This document shows positions 29,301-39,245 of a stretch of DNA of 64,000 nucleotides, piece by piece (position 1 is the first letter of the stretch; each line of letters starts with the position of its first letter). The translations under genes and the position numbers were made by a program. Source of the stretch: Candidatus Magasanikiibacteriota bacterium (GTDB lineage Bacteria > Patescibacteriota > Patescibacteriia > Magasanikbacterales > GWA2-37-8); NCBI GenBank assembly GCA_017991415.1, contig JAGOQR010000002.1, positions 97,109 to 161,108 on the forward strand. Direction: 5' to 3'. The notes under the pieces are model-generated. The model ran no database searches, was not told the DNA's origin, and worked only from the letters and a program-made list of their open reading frames with translations.

Positions 29301-30935
29301 TTTATCATAAGCCACACAAGTAGTCATATCTACACACTCCTGAGAACGATTAGCTGTTCCTGGAAAAGATGGAGATGAGCCGTATGCAACAAAATTACAT
29401 TTTGATGGCGGTGCTTTAATTACCCACTCTGGATCAATAAGATGACAGAACGGTTTGTTAACTGGATCATTTTCAACTCCCACCACTTTACCATTCGCAT
29501 CTTTGATAAAATTACAATCATCAAACCCATCAATAACTTGTTTTAGAGTCCACGGCTTATCTGGATTACTATTAAGGACAGCAATTTCAAAACCAAGTGG
29601 CAAAATTCTCGCTTTGCGTAATTTAGCAATATTAGCATAACAGTACGCGCGTTGATGACAGGTTGGATCGGTATTATCAGCGGTTCGATCTGGAGAGATA
29701 AGTTTCCATTCTCCGTGCAACCAATTTTTTTCTAAAGCCTCTGCCACTGTAATAGACTTACCAGAATTTATTTCTTGGGCAGCTTGAGCCAAACCAGCAT
29801 CAGCCACACAATTATCTGGGCTTGGATTGGAAGGGCAGTTAGTAAAATTAAGCAAGGTATTATACTGATCGACTACTATATTAGGCGGCGTAAGCAGATC
29901 ACTAAATAAAGCTTGGGCAGCTTGACGCCCCCCTCGAGAAACCTGACCTTCTAGATTATTGAGCGTGTCTTGTAATGTATTACACTGACCAATCACACCA
30001 GCCACACAACCACCGATTGGTAGCACACCTTTATTTTGCCAATTTTTGAGAACTTGTGAAGCAAGTGTATTTAAAAATAAACTGCCGGCGCTTGCAATAC
30101 TACCTACTGCACCTGTACTAAGCGTGGCTAAAAATCCCGCTTCAGCTTTGTTGGCTTGCTCGCTCGGATTTTGCGACTGCGCTTCTTCTTTGATATTTGC
30201 TGCAGGGATAGTTATCTGATTAGAGATAAGAGTAGTTTTTGGATTATATCCTTCTCCTTCTTGGCGCTGCAATTTTTCAGCTTCAGTTTGTTGAGCAACG
30301 TAATTATTAATTTTTTCTGTTGCGCTCATTAGAATTCCAACATCGGTCTGCTCTACGGAAAAAGCCACATTAAATTTTCGAGCAATATCATCGCTTGAAC
30401 CAAACTGGCTCTGCCAGTTACTGGCGTTTAAAACATTGTTGTTAAACTCAGACCAAGTACACGTTGGTTTACGAACCCCTTGAGTCTGCGTATTTAAACC
30501 TGGGTTTAAATCCATGAATTTATAAGTAAGACCAATACGCATGGCGAGGTCTATTTTTGGATCTGGAATTTTACAAAGGTTTAAACCATATGGAGAACCT
30601 AAAGCTTCGATTGCTACGCCCGCAGCATTGTTGCCCACATCCTTCATATAACTACCAAAATCTTTGTATTGAGCAAACGGTGTTTGCCCTTTTCCACCCG
30701 AAGCCATCCAGACAGCTGTATCGTATGCAATACGACGTAAAAAATATGAAAAAGATTGAATAGCAATATTTACACCCGCAGTTTTTATAAAACGTTCGGC
30801 AAGGGCTGTAAAATCAGAAACAATTTCTACGGGAAACGCTTGTGCTGGCTTTACATATAAAAAAGAACCACCTATGGTCACAAACGTAAATATGGTAAGT
30901 AAAATTTTTAGTCCAAACTTTTTATATGTTGACAT
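23367..30935 (-). CDS. Giant (2522 aa) cysteine-rich secreted or surface protein
   Basis: Single uninterrupted ORF. N-terminal signal or anchor (LKILLTIFTFVTIGGSFLYVKPAQA). Very high Cys content throughout, including many CxxC-like pairs. G/S/T/N-rich. No catalytic motifs recognised. Confidence 0.8.
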   Translation of the reverse strand: MSTYKKFGLKILLTIFTFVTIGGSFLYVKPAQAFPVEIVSDFTALAERFIKTAGVNIAIQSFSYFLRRIAYDTAVWMASGGKGQTPFAQYKDFGSYMKDVGNNAAGVAIEALGSPYGLNLCKIPDPKIDLAMRIGLTYKFMDLNPGLNTQTQGVRKPTCTWSEFNNNVLNASNWQSQFGSSDDIARKFNVAFSVEQTDVGILMSATEKINNYVAQQTEAEKLQRQEGEGYNPKTTLISNQITIPAANIKEEAQSQNPSEQANKAEAGFLATLSTGAVGSIASAGSLFLNTLASQVLKNWQNKGVLPIGGCVAGVIGQCNTLQDTLNNLEGQVSRGGRQAAQALFSDLLTPPNIVVDQYNTLLNFTNCPSNPSPDNCVADAGLAQAAQEINSGKSITVAEALEKNWLHGEWKLISPDRTADNTDPTCHQRAYCYANIAKLRKARILPLGFEIAVLNSNPDKPWTLKQVIDGFDDCNFIKDANGKVVGVENDPVNKPFCHLIDPEWVIKAPPSKCNFVAYGSSPSFPGTANRSQECVDMTTCVAYDKDGNCATQGYCTREKNVWKIDAAKCDSQFRTCQSFQDSSGKNVSYLYRSLDTGFCNQETVGCAQYSLKQDNSGKWTGYSPDDLSSVGENSAIYFNSKLSTNCSANSDGCSAFKTVSTSQNLYLRKAPYYSKCYDTNPTTLAIDWPQTVSDLNSLQTNPACSNYSQACIPDEVNCNWYQPSSYTGDRIPGKFTPASIVENQIVWNDQCDKKCVGYAAYREMPSNYSIGQSVAYVIPSSGAKCSSVDEGCASFTNLSATTNGLETTEHFSYLRPCILPDNTKQKNFYTYEGSSVGGFQLKAFVLEKNPVDGGPKYFYRTSGSLENYDEICNETLYKQGLASPDCRQFNDDQGAVYYRLLSKTIAVSNACVPYRLNDTELETVALSFDKCELQKGLWDSAANNCQVCPQGGEYRDGQCFYYGLPGGAANTAGTSKTCAASVNTCRAYKGNSGNNVRNVFSNNFEQAIVSDALANWAPSANVTQSLESTHAGEHSLSYSGGGEVYKNVTLNPGASYDLTFWAKGSAGETITVSLENNEVSTLGTVSVGDVWQSYHLGPVELGGTASSTRLKFQSNGRLFLDNVSLKEVTDYIYLVKNTLKVDPICDSNLNDNLPGESLGCSEYKTPDNRPMYLTGFTSLCREKAIGCTAVYDTYNTPDETTSRAYNVWLSGAEGSAASRTIAGTAYTCQVTIGQSGCYVNVVGATLAAITSAGARVVSSTIFVQPDTPTSTPIYLVANKESTCNAVDLGCIKAGKLVQTATGPSYADVLVKKDPATFNTTLCQSEAVGCNSYSSGDGALYFKDPEYLGQKVCAYKDNVTKDGVKYSGWFWKGVGKCVTNGSSASGFCSTDSDCAAGATCQNKDEQPCYPNYLQSGNSYGLWSYGVSSSYNNFVGECPQVQSGCSEFIDRNQNNKTYYLINDDKLKSHQNECNGEVSEKSGCILLDKTDLPNKLWSTEKSYAASAAVNNGLVAPVAGSGSTPSDANIILKVTRDRECGEWLQCRSSHRVFDTQTGSYKEVCDAIGRCNQAFSSGSTGDIINCANWLDNAHELSGQVLTDNAYRNRSIEWKGQDFSGYSIFNAFPVEELSEVNIGTASLPEWRLAKTLACGTGSNCTANPLSPICAPGSIGQSCGRSDIGVCLGATNPVCVQNLDSSLSGVSRQSLPASCRAYPEETSPFPNSEAVGNSVTFDSVNTCNEASGFTTDIDKANSCDCNYTKVTYGDSLAKYWNFNSPNSEGILDKNNQVVKSVVPGICMGGVNADKVCSSDADCTNGSCQKVRKQSRLIGWQGYCIEPDFSRLLNAEQNLFACLTWFPKDNITGAFDINNQHVEAGFQANDASGKYYCLGARGNQTVVNIVGSDIVTYDKLIGQQSVVSAAGHGSNSREKRVITLNVNTPIYRDEIDYIMIAATGNSDWFPNGTNKFFIRNGYITKYNSQMQVVKRDGSEETILNNPQVFVGEAGGLNVGKYVWSDGRDKNFWYMRYDDGEGDGNNHYQYADPNTAGIQGEQFKDLLSNCAGSIDVAGNDNYQDICLGGDIDDNDDGCAIRTVFNSDGRLDRINLTCFSGDAGDTESASFTLNVGLRETCLNIAQTEDNPYSSIGWTDRLWSRSSYVIDPGTLAYKNSLQNVPFGSLGMFTPLVPETLISIFSHYSEPTPSLPPAIFGSPYSCGGDCLKTSPSPNETVNGPASQKSIAQAKSSFAQIFAKIDSVWNWVPTGTSWAYVRTTAPGTDSATVVRPYNFTDSFANPVPKAMALGSCKPGGKCLESTITGMSINDKSSGDILFNTNIALVNAKFFGFADKNQMPIKKIKLDWGDTSVVSLDGYFRNQRGAVNGRCGSSGTCMVASSTPGVYDLNTGKTCASNTDCMYLDNCFAESKAQNFGQILGKTCDSAYFRFDHVYQCLRGGNGWTDSCPDAQTQSLSGGCCVFQPKVQLKDNWGYCNGSCGGFASPGVSNCYANECELPEGPFSTFSGRIIVPPNN

Positions 30936-30958
30936 AATTTTTAGAACAAATATCTTAC

Positions 30959-31555
30959 CTATTGAGCTGATGTAGAACTACTTGAATTTAAAATATCTTT
31001 AATCATTTTGATAAGATCTGCATCTGAAGTTTGATCGAGAATAGTTTTATCAAAACCAGAAGCTAATAACATTTTACGTGTTTCGGTAGGGTTATTAAGA
31101 ATAGTTTCTAATTCTTGCATAGAAGGTGCAGCTCCAAGCGTCGTACTTGCTGAATCAAATGGTGTAGTATTTGGCAACGTGTCACCACTCAAGGCCGCTT
31201 CTGAACAATCTTGGCCTTCTGCACAAATCGGGTTAGAACCTTTTTCGATTTCTGTTTTATCTGATATGCCATCTGAATCTGTGTCACCTAAATACGGACT
31301 GGTAATATATACGTATAGCTCATCAAAATCATTGAGGCCATCTTTATCTGTATCTCTATACATAAGCCCTTCATTTGTCTCTATATCATTTTTTACAACA
31401 TAGGGAATCTCTTTGTTAAGAGCAAAGGGAGCGTACATAGTATTTCGAATTTGCAAAATACCAAGACCAACTGCAAGAACAGCAAAAATAGAGAGCAGTG
31501 TAATGCCCATCTTTTGCTCTTTCGACAACCTCGGCGGACCTTGCTCCTCGGACAT
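30959..31555 (-). CDS. Membrane-anchored protein with thrombospondin type-3-like Ca-binding repeats
   Basis: N-terminal TM helix (ITLLSIFAVLAVGLGIL). D-x-D-x-D-G-x-x-D repeats (DTDKDGLNDFDE, DTDSDGISDKTE). Immediately upstream of, and co-oriented with, the giant gene. Confidence 0.6.
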   Translation of the reverse strand: MSEEQGPPRLSKEQKMGITLLSIFAVLAVGLGILQIRNTMYAPFALNKEIPYVVKNDIETNEGLMYRDTDKDGLNDFDELYVYITSPYLGDTDSDGISDKTEIEKGSNPICAEGQDCSEAALSGDTLPNTTPFDSASTTLGAAPSMQELETILNNPTETRKMLLASGFDKTILDQTSDADLIKMIKDILNSSSSTSAQ

Positions 31556-31580
31556 ACAACACAGAAGTTAAAGTGAATCT

Positions 31581-31589
31581 ATTATAGCA
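31581..31589 (-). promoter_or_regulatory. Extended -10 element (TGcTATAAT) upstream of the TSP3-repeat/giant-protein operon
   Basis: Reverse complement of 31581-31589 is TGCTATAAT, located about 25 nt upstream of the 31555 start codon. The -35 is weak. Confidence 0.3.
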
Positions 31590-31659
31590 TACAATAAGCG
31601 TACTTTGATGGGGATAAGTACTCAAAAATAAAAATACAGACAATTAAGGCGTGCCTATT

Positions 31660-32493
31660 TTACAATCTTTCGACCAGAGCTCTCCATCGCTCTACAGAAA
31701 GCTCTTGTGCTCTCACCTTTTCATCTATTCCTAAATCTTGAAAAATGGCTTTTAAAGCCTTCTTATCCACGACTGAACTAAGATTTTTAATAAGCATTTT
31801 TCGGCGGCTTGAAAAACCAGCTTTAACTATTCTAAAAAAATCTTTATGTTTATCTCCAATCCCCGCCTGACTATTGTTAATAGTTATCTTTAATACAGCC
31901 GAATCGACAGCTGGAGCAGGCCAAAAATCTGACCGTGGCACCTGAGTTATAATTTCAGGCTCGCCGTAATATTGAACTGACACAGAAAGCACAGACATTT
32001 CCCCAGCGGGAGCGCAGATTCTTTCTGCAACTTCTTTTTGCACCATCAATACCAAAACTTCTGGCTTATGCTCTAACTCTAGAAAAGTTCTAATAATATG
32101 AGAAGTGATTTGATATGGCAAGTTAGCAACTACCTTATAAGAAGGCAGTGTGTTTATGAATTTTTGAGCTTCCATTTCCCGAAGAACATCTCCCCAAATG
32201 ATTTCTAGATTTTTATTTCTTTCTGTTTCTTCTGCCCAGTATGGCGCCAGCCTTTTTTCGATTTCAAAAGCAATTACTTTTTTTGCTTCCTCCACTAAGG
32301 CAAACGTCAACACGCCAAACCCAGGCCCAACCTCTATGACAGTGCTATCTTTTTTTATTTCTGCAGCTGCCACCATTTTTTCTATTGGCTCTGGATTTAT
32401 CAAAAAATTCTGGCCATATTTTTTACTTGGTATTAGGCTATACTTTTGACACAGATGCTTTAGATAATCTTCGTTAAAAAGTTTCTCATGCAT
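31660..32493 (-). CDS. rsmA: 16S rRNA (adenine1518/1519-N6)-dimethyltransferase RsmA/KsgA
   Basis: KKYGQNFLINPEPIEKMV at the N-terminus. SAM-binding VIEVGPGFGVLT. Size 277 aa. Confidence 0.85.
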   Translation of the reverse strand: MHEKLFNEDYLKHLCQKYSLIPSKKYGQNFLINPEPIEKMVAAAEIKKDSTVIEVGPGFGVLTFALVEEAKKVIAFEIEKRLAPYWAEETERNKNLEIIWGDVLREMEAQKFINTLPSYKVVANLPYQITSHIIRTFLELEHKPEVLVLMVQKEVAERICAPAGEMSVLSVSVQYYGEPEIITQVPRSDFWPAPAVDSAVLKITINNSQAGIGDKHKDFFRIVKAGFSSRRKMLIKNLSSVVDKKALKAIFQDLGIDEKVRAQELSVERWRALVERL

Positions 32494-33703
32494 ATAACTT
32501 ATCGTTAAAACCTGTCTTAATAGGGAAATAAACTATCACAACTCCTCCCAACAACAAGGCCACAGCATACGGCAAAATAATATGTTGATTCACTGCCCAG
32601 GCAATAACCAGTAAAAATGGAACCTCTAATATATGTCTAACAAAATTTGCTAAAGATAACGTGGTAGCTCTATTATATGAGCTAAACTGCATATTGAACA
32701 GATGGGAGAAAAAAGGGTCGCGCAAAGAAGCTGCAGCCATTATAATAATATATAAGCCAAACATAATATATCTTTCTGGATATAAAAACCAAGTCAGAAG
32801 AAACAAAAGCAAAGCAATACATATTATAACATTTAATGAATCAATCTTAAACGCAATTGGCTTTTCAGACCATATCGCGTGGGCAAAATAATTGCCGACA
32901 AACATAGTCATATGATACACGCTCCAAAGAAAGCCAAAAATGATAATCGGTATATGCAAATTTTCAACAAACAAAACTGCAGCATATCGCCAGCAGGCCG
33001 CGGTTAAGATAAGAATAATCAATTTATTAAAAATAGCCCGTAATAAATTTTTATCATTGATTAAGATTTTATACGCATCCTTTATTATGCCTGCTTCCTG
33101 TTTTTCTACATCTATATAATGATTCGGCTCTGTGAGAGTAAAAGCATACACTAACGCTATAACTGAAGCTACTATATCAACTAATATAATCAAAGAAAAC
33201 TGCCAATCTGCCAAATCTTTGGCAATTACTGCACCTAAAAAAGCAGAGAAAATTTTAAACAATCTTTCTGAAGAAAAATAGCGGGCTATTTTTTTTAAAG
33301 ATTCGGAATGGTTGCCTAACTCTTTATTACTATCAAAAACAAATGCTTCATCAGTACCACTCATACAAGACTCGGTCAAGGCATAACAGATAGTGCCTAC
33401 GGCAAACAACACAAACGAGTCAGCGACTAAGTAAAAAACCCAGTGTAATAATCCAAAAAATGTCGCCATAACTATTGTTCGTTTTCGACCAAACCTATCG
33501 GCCAAATAACTGGACGGTACCTCACTGGCTATAACGGCCACTGAATATACAATACCTAGGTAAAAAATATCAGCAACTGTTAGACTGCGATATACATAAA
33601 ACAAAGAAATGATGGCATTTACCATCTTTACATTAAGAAGTGAATTGATAAAAAAAATTTTAAAAAAATTCTTTTCTAATCTTCTCTTTCTGCCATCAGA
33701 CAT
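32486..33703 (-). CDS. MFS transporter
   Basis: About 12 TM helices. MFS signature-like YLADRFGRKRTI between TM2 and TM3. Confidence 0.7.
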   Translation of the reverse strand: MSDGRKRRLEKNFFKIFFINSLLNVKMVNAIISLFYVYRSLTVADIFYLGIVYSVAVIASEVPSSYLADRFGRKRTIVMATFFGLLHWVFYLVADSFVLFAVGTICYALTESCMSGTDEAFVFDSNKELGNHSESLKKIARYFSSERLFKIFSAFLGAVIAKDLADWQFSLIILVDIVASVIALVYAFTLTEPNHYIDVEKQEAGIIKDAYKILINDKNLLRAIFNKLIILILTAACWRYAAVLFVENLHIPIIIFGFLWSVYHMTMFVGNYFAHAIWSEKPIAFKIDSLNVIICIALLLFLLTWFLYPERYIMFGLYIIIMAAASLRDPFFSHLFNMQFSSYNRATTLSLANFVRHILEVPFLLVIAWAVNQHIILPYAVALLLGGVVIVYFPIKTGFNDKLYA

Positions 33704-33711
33704 AATATTTA

Positions 33712-34878
33712 TTATTCTTTTTCCAACCCAGCAACCGTATACCTATTAGAAGCATTCCATAAAATCCATCCATCAGCCCCCGCATCATCAGATGCTTTTA
33801 TCTGTGCCCGAATCTTAGTGCCATCATAAACAGCTCCTAAATTAAAAGCTTGGATCCAAGTGCGTAGTTTTGCTTTTTTATCCTGCGCTTGTTTGACACC
33901 AGCTTTCATAGCATTATAGACGACCTCGTATGGATAATTGGCTGGATTTTTATAACCACGGTAACCAGTTGGATAATGGGACGGATACACCATCGGCATG
34001 ACATAGTCAAAGTACTGCACTGCATCACCAAGTCTCTGGCCAATACTCATATCATCTTCGCCTTTCTTTTCGGTAGTGAGGCCAAACAGATCAGCAGAAG
34101 TATAGACTGGTTCGTCCTTCATTTCTTCGGATACATACTTAAAAAAACCCAAGATCACTTCATAGCGTTTACTTGCCCCATTGCCATAGATAATATCGGC
34201 CAAGCGCCCGTCGGTTGGATACCGAATATAGTCAAAATTGACTTCGTCAAAACCAAGGCGACCAGCTTCTTTGGCTATAGATACCACATATGTCCAGACT
34301 TCTTTATTGGCTGGATCAACCCAAGATAAATTATTTTTATCGCGCCACAATCCTCCTTTTTTAGATTTAATAGCCCATTCTGGTTTTTTCTGCGCCAACA
34401 ACGGATCCTGAAAAACACTAATACGGGCAATTGTATAGATATTATTTTCTTTTAGTTTCACGAGCAGTTTATCTAAATTTTTTATACGATTATCCTGAAG
34501 TTTTAGATTATCAACAAGATCGACCGCAGAATCATACAAAACCTGGCCGCTATAATCCTTTAGATCAATAACTACTGCATTAAGCTCAGTTGTATTTATT
34601 AACGCAATAATTTGATTTATCTTTTTTTCACTCCCCGCAGAATAAGCGGTGAGATACAGCCCTTTAACTTTTATAGGTTCTTGTTTTTGCCGCAACATAA
34701 CGAATGGCTCTTCATGGACAATACTATTCTGCATCAAAATCATTGAGCCTAAAGAGTCAGTCGCTGCATTAACTACCACATATTGAGAAAAACAAATACA
34801 GAAAGCAAAAACTGAAACAGCACCGATAATTAACCAGCTCGTTAGATGACTAATTTTTTTAGAGAAAAAATTAAACAT
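33712..34878 (-). CDS. Putative glycoside-hydrolase-like protein (GHL10/DUF4015-type) with N-terminal signal anchor
   Basis: N-terminal TM helix. Motif GFDEVNFDYIRYP resembles the conserved D-E-x-x-F-D-Y-I-R-F-P block of glycosyl-hydrolase-like families. Confidence 0.5.
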   Translation of the reverse strand: MFNFFSKKISHLTSWLIIGAVSVFAFCICFSQYVVVNAATDSLGSMILMQNSIVHEEPFVMLRQKQEPIKVKGLYLTAYSAGSEKKINQIIALINTTELNAVVIDLKDYSGQVLYDSAVDLVDNLKLQDNRIKNLDKLLVKLKENNIYTIARISVFQDPLLAQKKPEWAIKSKKGGLWRDKNNLSWVDPANKEVWTYVVSIAKEAGRLGFDEVNFDYIRYPTDGRLADIIYGNGASKRYEVILGFFKYVSEEMKDEPVYTSADLFGLTTEKKGEDDMSIGQRLGDAVQYFDYVMPMVYPSHYPTGYRGYKNPANYPYEVVYNAMKAGVKQAQDKKAKLRTWIQAFNLGAVYDGTKIRAQIKASDDAGADGWILWNASNRYTVAGLEKE

Positions 34879-35500
34879 GTTGAATCTGCAATTCTCCTTG
34901 TCTTAAAACTTTAATCATATTGTTGCTTGCATCGACAATAGTTGTTGGCAATCGTTTTGGTAATACACCGCTATCCAAAATTAAATCGGGTTGATTTTTC
35001 TTATCTGCAAACATCTGCACTACATCTTCGGTGTTATAGATATCGCCGCTATTTGAAATATTGCCAGATGTGGCTACAATCGGCCGCCCCAAGCTTTCGC
35101 TTAAAAATTTTGCGGTTGGGTGAGCACTTACCCGCACCGCAACTGTACCAAACTGCGAAACAACACCTCTTGCCAATCCCGAACCTTCCATTGCAAAACC
35201 AACAATCGTAAGAGGACCTGGCCAGTAAGCTTTTGCTAATTGCTCTATTGTATTATTCCATACTAAATATTTTCGCGCCATATCAATAGACGGTACAATG
35301 ATAAGCAGCGACTTACTCTCATCTCTTTCTTTTATCTTAAAAATTTCATCTACTGCTTTTTGACTTGTTGCATCACACCCCAATCCATACGAAGTTTCCG
35401 TAGGAAAAATAAGGGTTTTACCTGCAAACAACTCGGTAATAATTTCTGATAAATAACAATCTTTTAAAACTTTCATATGATAATTTATTGTTTTATCCAT
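34871..35500 (-). CDS. tsaC: L-threonylcarbamoyladenylate synthase (YrdC/TsaC family)
   Basis: TLIFPTETSYGLGCDATS...SLLIIV...GPLTIV match YrdC-domain motifs. About 200 aa. Confidence 0.8.
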   Translation of the reverse strand: MDKTINYHMKVLKDCYLSEIITELFAGKTLIFPTETSYGLGCDATSQKAVDEIFKIKERDESKSLLIIVPSIDMARKYLVWNNTIEQLAKAYWPGPLTIVGFAMEGSGLARGVVSQFGTVAVRVSAHPTAKFLSESLGRPIVATSGNISNSGDIYNTEDVVQMFADKKNQPDLILDSGVLPKRLPTTIVDASNNMIKVLRQGELQIQHV

Positions 35501-36561
35501 TTTAGGTACGCCTCACAAAGCGGCAACAACTCCCCTTCGAGCACTGACTCGGGATCTGCAGATTCGTACTCAGAACGGTAATCTTTTACCAAATGATATG
35601 GGTGGAGCACGTACGAACGAATCTGATTCCCCCATTCTGCAGATTTATATTCTCCACGCATCTCTTGTCTTTCTTTGGCTTTTTTCTCTTCTTCTAGAAT
35701 ATGCAGTTTTGACTGCAAAATTTTCATAGCCATATCTTTATTTTGCTGCTGCGACCGTTCATTCTGGCAAGAGACGGAAATTCCTGTTGGAATATGCACA
35801 ATACGTACTGCCGAATAAGTGGTATTAACACTTTGCCCCCCGTGGCCACCAGCCATAAACGTATCTATTCTAATATCTTTAGCATCAATTTCGATTTTTA
35901 TTTTTTCATCTAATTCAGGAAGGACCTCTATAAGAGCAAATGAAGTATGGCGCATTTTTTCTGCATCAAAGGGAGAGATACGAACTAATCGGTGCACGCC
36001 GTGTTCGGATTTTAAGTACCCATAGGCATATCGGCCTTTTATCTCGAGCATAACCGATTTATAACCAGCTTCTGCACCTCGCGATTCATCTACTATTTTT
36101 ACTCGCCAACTCATCTTGTCACAAAAACGCAGTATCATGCGTAGCAACATTTCGGCCCAATCTTGGGCCTCTGTACCACCAGCGCCAGCATGGATACTCA
36201 TGATGACATTATTTTTATCGTACGGACCATTTAATAAAACCAAAAATTCATAATCTGTAAATTCTTTTTTTAATTTTTCTGTTTGCTCCTCTATTTCTTC
36301 TGCTAATGTTTTGTCTTCGGATGCGGCCAACTCTAATAAATCACTATTTCTTTTTTCTAAACTGGAAAACGTGTCTACTTCTTTTTTTATATCTTGATAA
36401 TCTTGGGAGATTGACTGAGCATTTTCAGGATTGTTCCAAAAATCTGGCGCGTTCATGCTCTCGGCCAGGCTAGACATTTTATTTTGCAAATCTGCAATAT
36501 TTAAAAGTTTTTTTGTCGCTATTATTTTAGATTGCAATTCTTGTAAATCAGCCAAGGACAT
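35485..36561 (-). CDS. prfB: Peptide chain release factor 2 (no programmed frameshift)
   Basis: SPF tripeptide (VRISPFDAE) specifies RF2. GGQ motif (GGHGGQSVNTT). Continuous 358-aa ORF from its own Met. Confidence 0.85.
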   Translation of the reverse strand: MSLADLQELQSKIIATKKLLNIADLQNKMSSLAESMNAPDFWNNPENAQSISQDYQDIKKEVDTFSSLEKRNSDLLELAASEDKTLAEEIEEQTEKLKKEFTDYEFLVLLNGPYDKNNVIMSIHAGAGGTEAQDWAEMLLRMILRFCDKMSWRVKIVDESRGAEAGYKSVMLEIKGRYAYGYLKSEHGVHRLVRISPFDAEKMRHTSFALIEVLPELDEKIKIEIDAKDIRIDTFMAGGHGGQSVNTTYSAVRIVHIPTGISVSCQNERSQQQNKDMAMKILQSKLHILEEEKKAKERQEMRGEYKSAEWGNQIRSYVLHPYHLVKDYRSEYESADPESVLEGELLPLCEAYLKWIKQ

Positions 36562-36582
36562 ATATCGTACTCTTTTTAAATA

Positions 36583-37074
36583 CTAAAATATCTTATTAAT
36601 GCCTACAGAAATAAAAACAGTTACCAAAGAAGAACCGATAACCGCTGCCCAGATATATGGAAGCGACCGCTTAAATGGCACACCCATTAAAAATGCCACC
36701 ATAGAGCCAGTAAAAATACCGCTCCCCGGAATAGGCGACGCAATAAAAAGAGCGAGCCCTAACATGCCATATTTTTCATACCGAGCAAAACTTTCTTGTG
36801 TATGGCGCAAACTTTTCAACCATGCTTTACCAAAAAAAGTACCTGAATTTTTATTTACCCATGTATGAAAATTATCAGCAAAATATAATAGAGCCGTAAT
36901 GGGCAACAAATTCCCTGCAAGCGTAATAAGGAGCGCCTTCCAAACTGGCATATTAAAAAATATAATAGACATGGGCAGTGCCACTCGTTGCTCAAGCACT
37001 GGTGTCATAGCTACTAAAAAAGTGGCAACCTCAGGAGGAAAGCCTGCAAAAGCAGCGGCAATATTTTGAATCAT
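36583..37074 (-). CDS. Small polytopic membrane protein (COG2426/small-multidrug-export-like family)
   Basis: 163 aa with 4-5 TM helices. Weak resemblance to the Sm_multidrug_ex family (MPVWKALLITLAGNLLP). Confidence 0.4.
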   Translation of the reverse strand: MIQNIAAAFAGFPPEVATFLVAMTPVLEQRVALPMSIIFFNMPVWKALLITLAGNLLPITALLYFADNFHTWVNKNSGTFFGKAWLKSLRHTQESFARYEKYGMLGLALFIASPIPGSGIFTGSMVAFLMGVPFKRSLPYIWAAVIGSSLVTVFISVGINKIF

Positions 37075-37132
37075 AGTATATTACTTTATGTTATAAGAAT
37101 AATTTTACTCTGTATCCTGTAATTTTACAAAC

Positions 37133-37165
37133 AAAAAACGCCCGCATCAAAGGGGCGTTTTTGCA
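37133..37165 (-). terminator. Rho-independent terminator downstream of groEL
   Basis: ACGCCC-gcatcaaag-GGGCGT hairpin with a T-run on the minus strand, just past the groEL stop. Confidence 0.65.
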
Positions 37166-37182
37166 TAACCTGGTTTATTTGT

Positions 37183-38835
<1,653 letters not shown>

Positions 38836-38867
38836 TTAATTTAAAAATTAGTGTCGCTACTTGAACC

Positions 38868-39152
38868 TTATTCTATAATCGCCAAAATATCTTCCTGCGA
38901 AACAATTTTATATTCTACTTTTTCTATTTCCACCTTTTCTCCTCCCCAATTTTTTAATAAAACTTTATCTCCTATTTTCACTTCCATAGCACCGCGTTCT
39001 CCATTTTTTAAAACCTTACCGGGACCAACAGCTACCACTTCTGCCTCTGCCTTTTTTTCATCTTTATCTGGTAACACCAAACCGAAAGAAGTAACTTCGT
39101 CGGCTTTAATTTGCTTAACTAAAACATTGTCTCCTAATGGCTTTATACGCAT
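38868..39152 (-). CDS. groS: Co-chaperonin GroES
   Basis: MRIKPLGDNVLVKQ... 94 aa. Immediately upstream of groEL. Confidence 0.9.
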   Translation of the reverse strand: MRIKPLGDNVLVKQIKADEVTSFGLVLPDKDEKKAEAEVVAVGPGKVLKNGERGAMEVKIGDKVLLKNWGGEKVEIEKVEYKIVSQEDILAIIE

Positions 39153-39245
39153 ATATTTTAATTAATTAAAAATTAAACTCGTATTATCACTCGTATTTAT
39201 TGAGTGATAATTCGTAAAGCCATTCTACTATAAAACAAAAATCTG

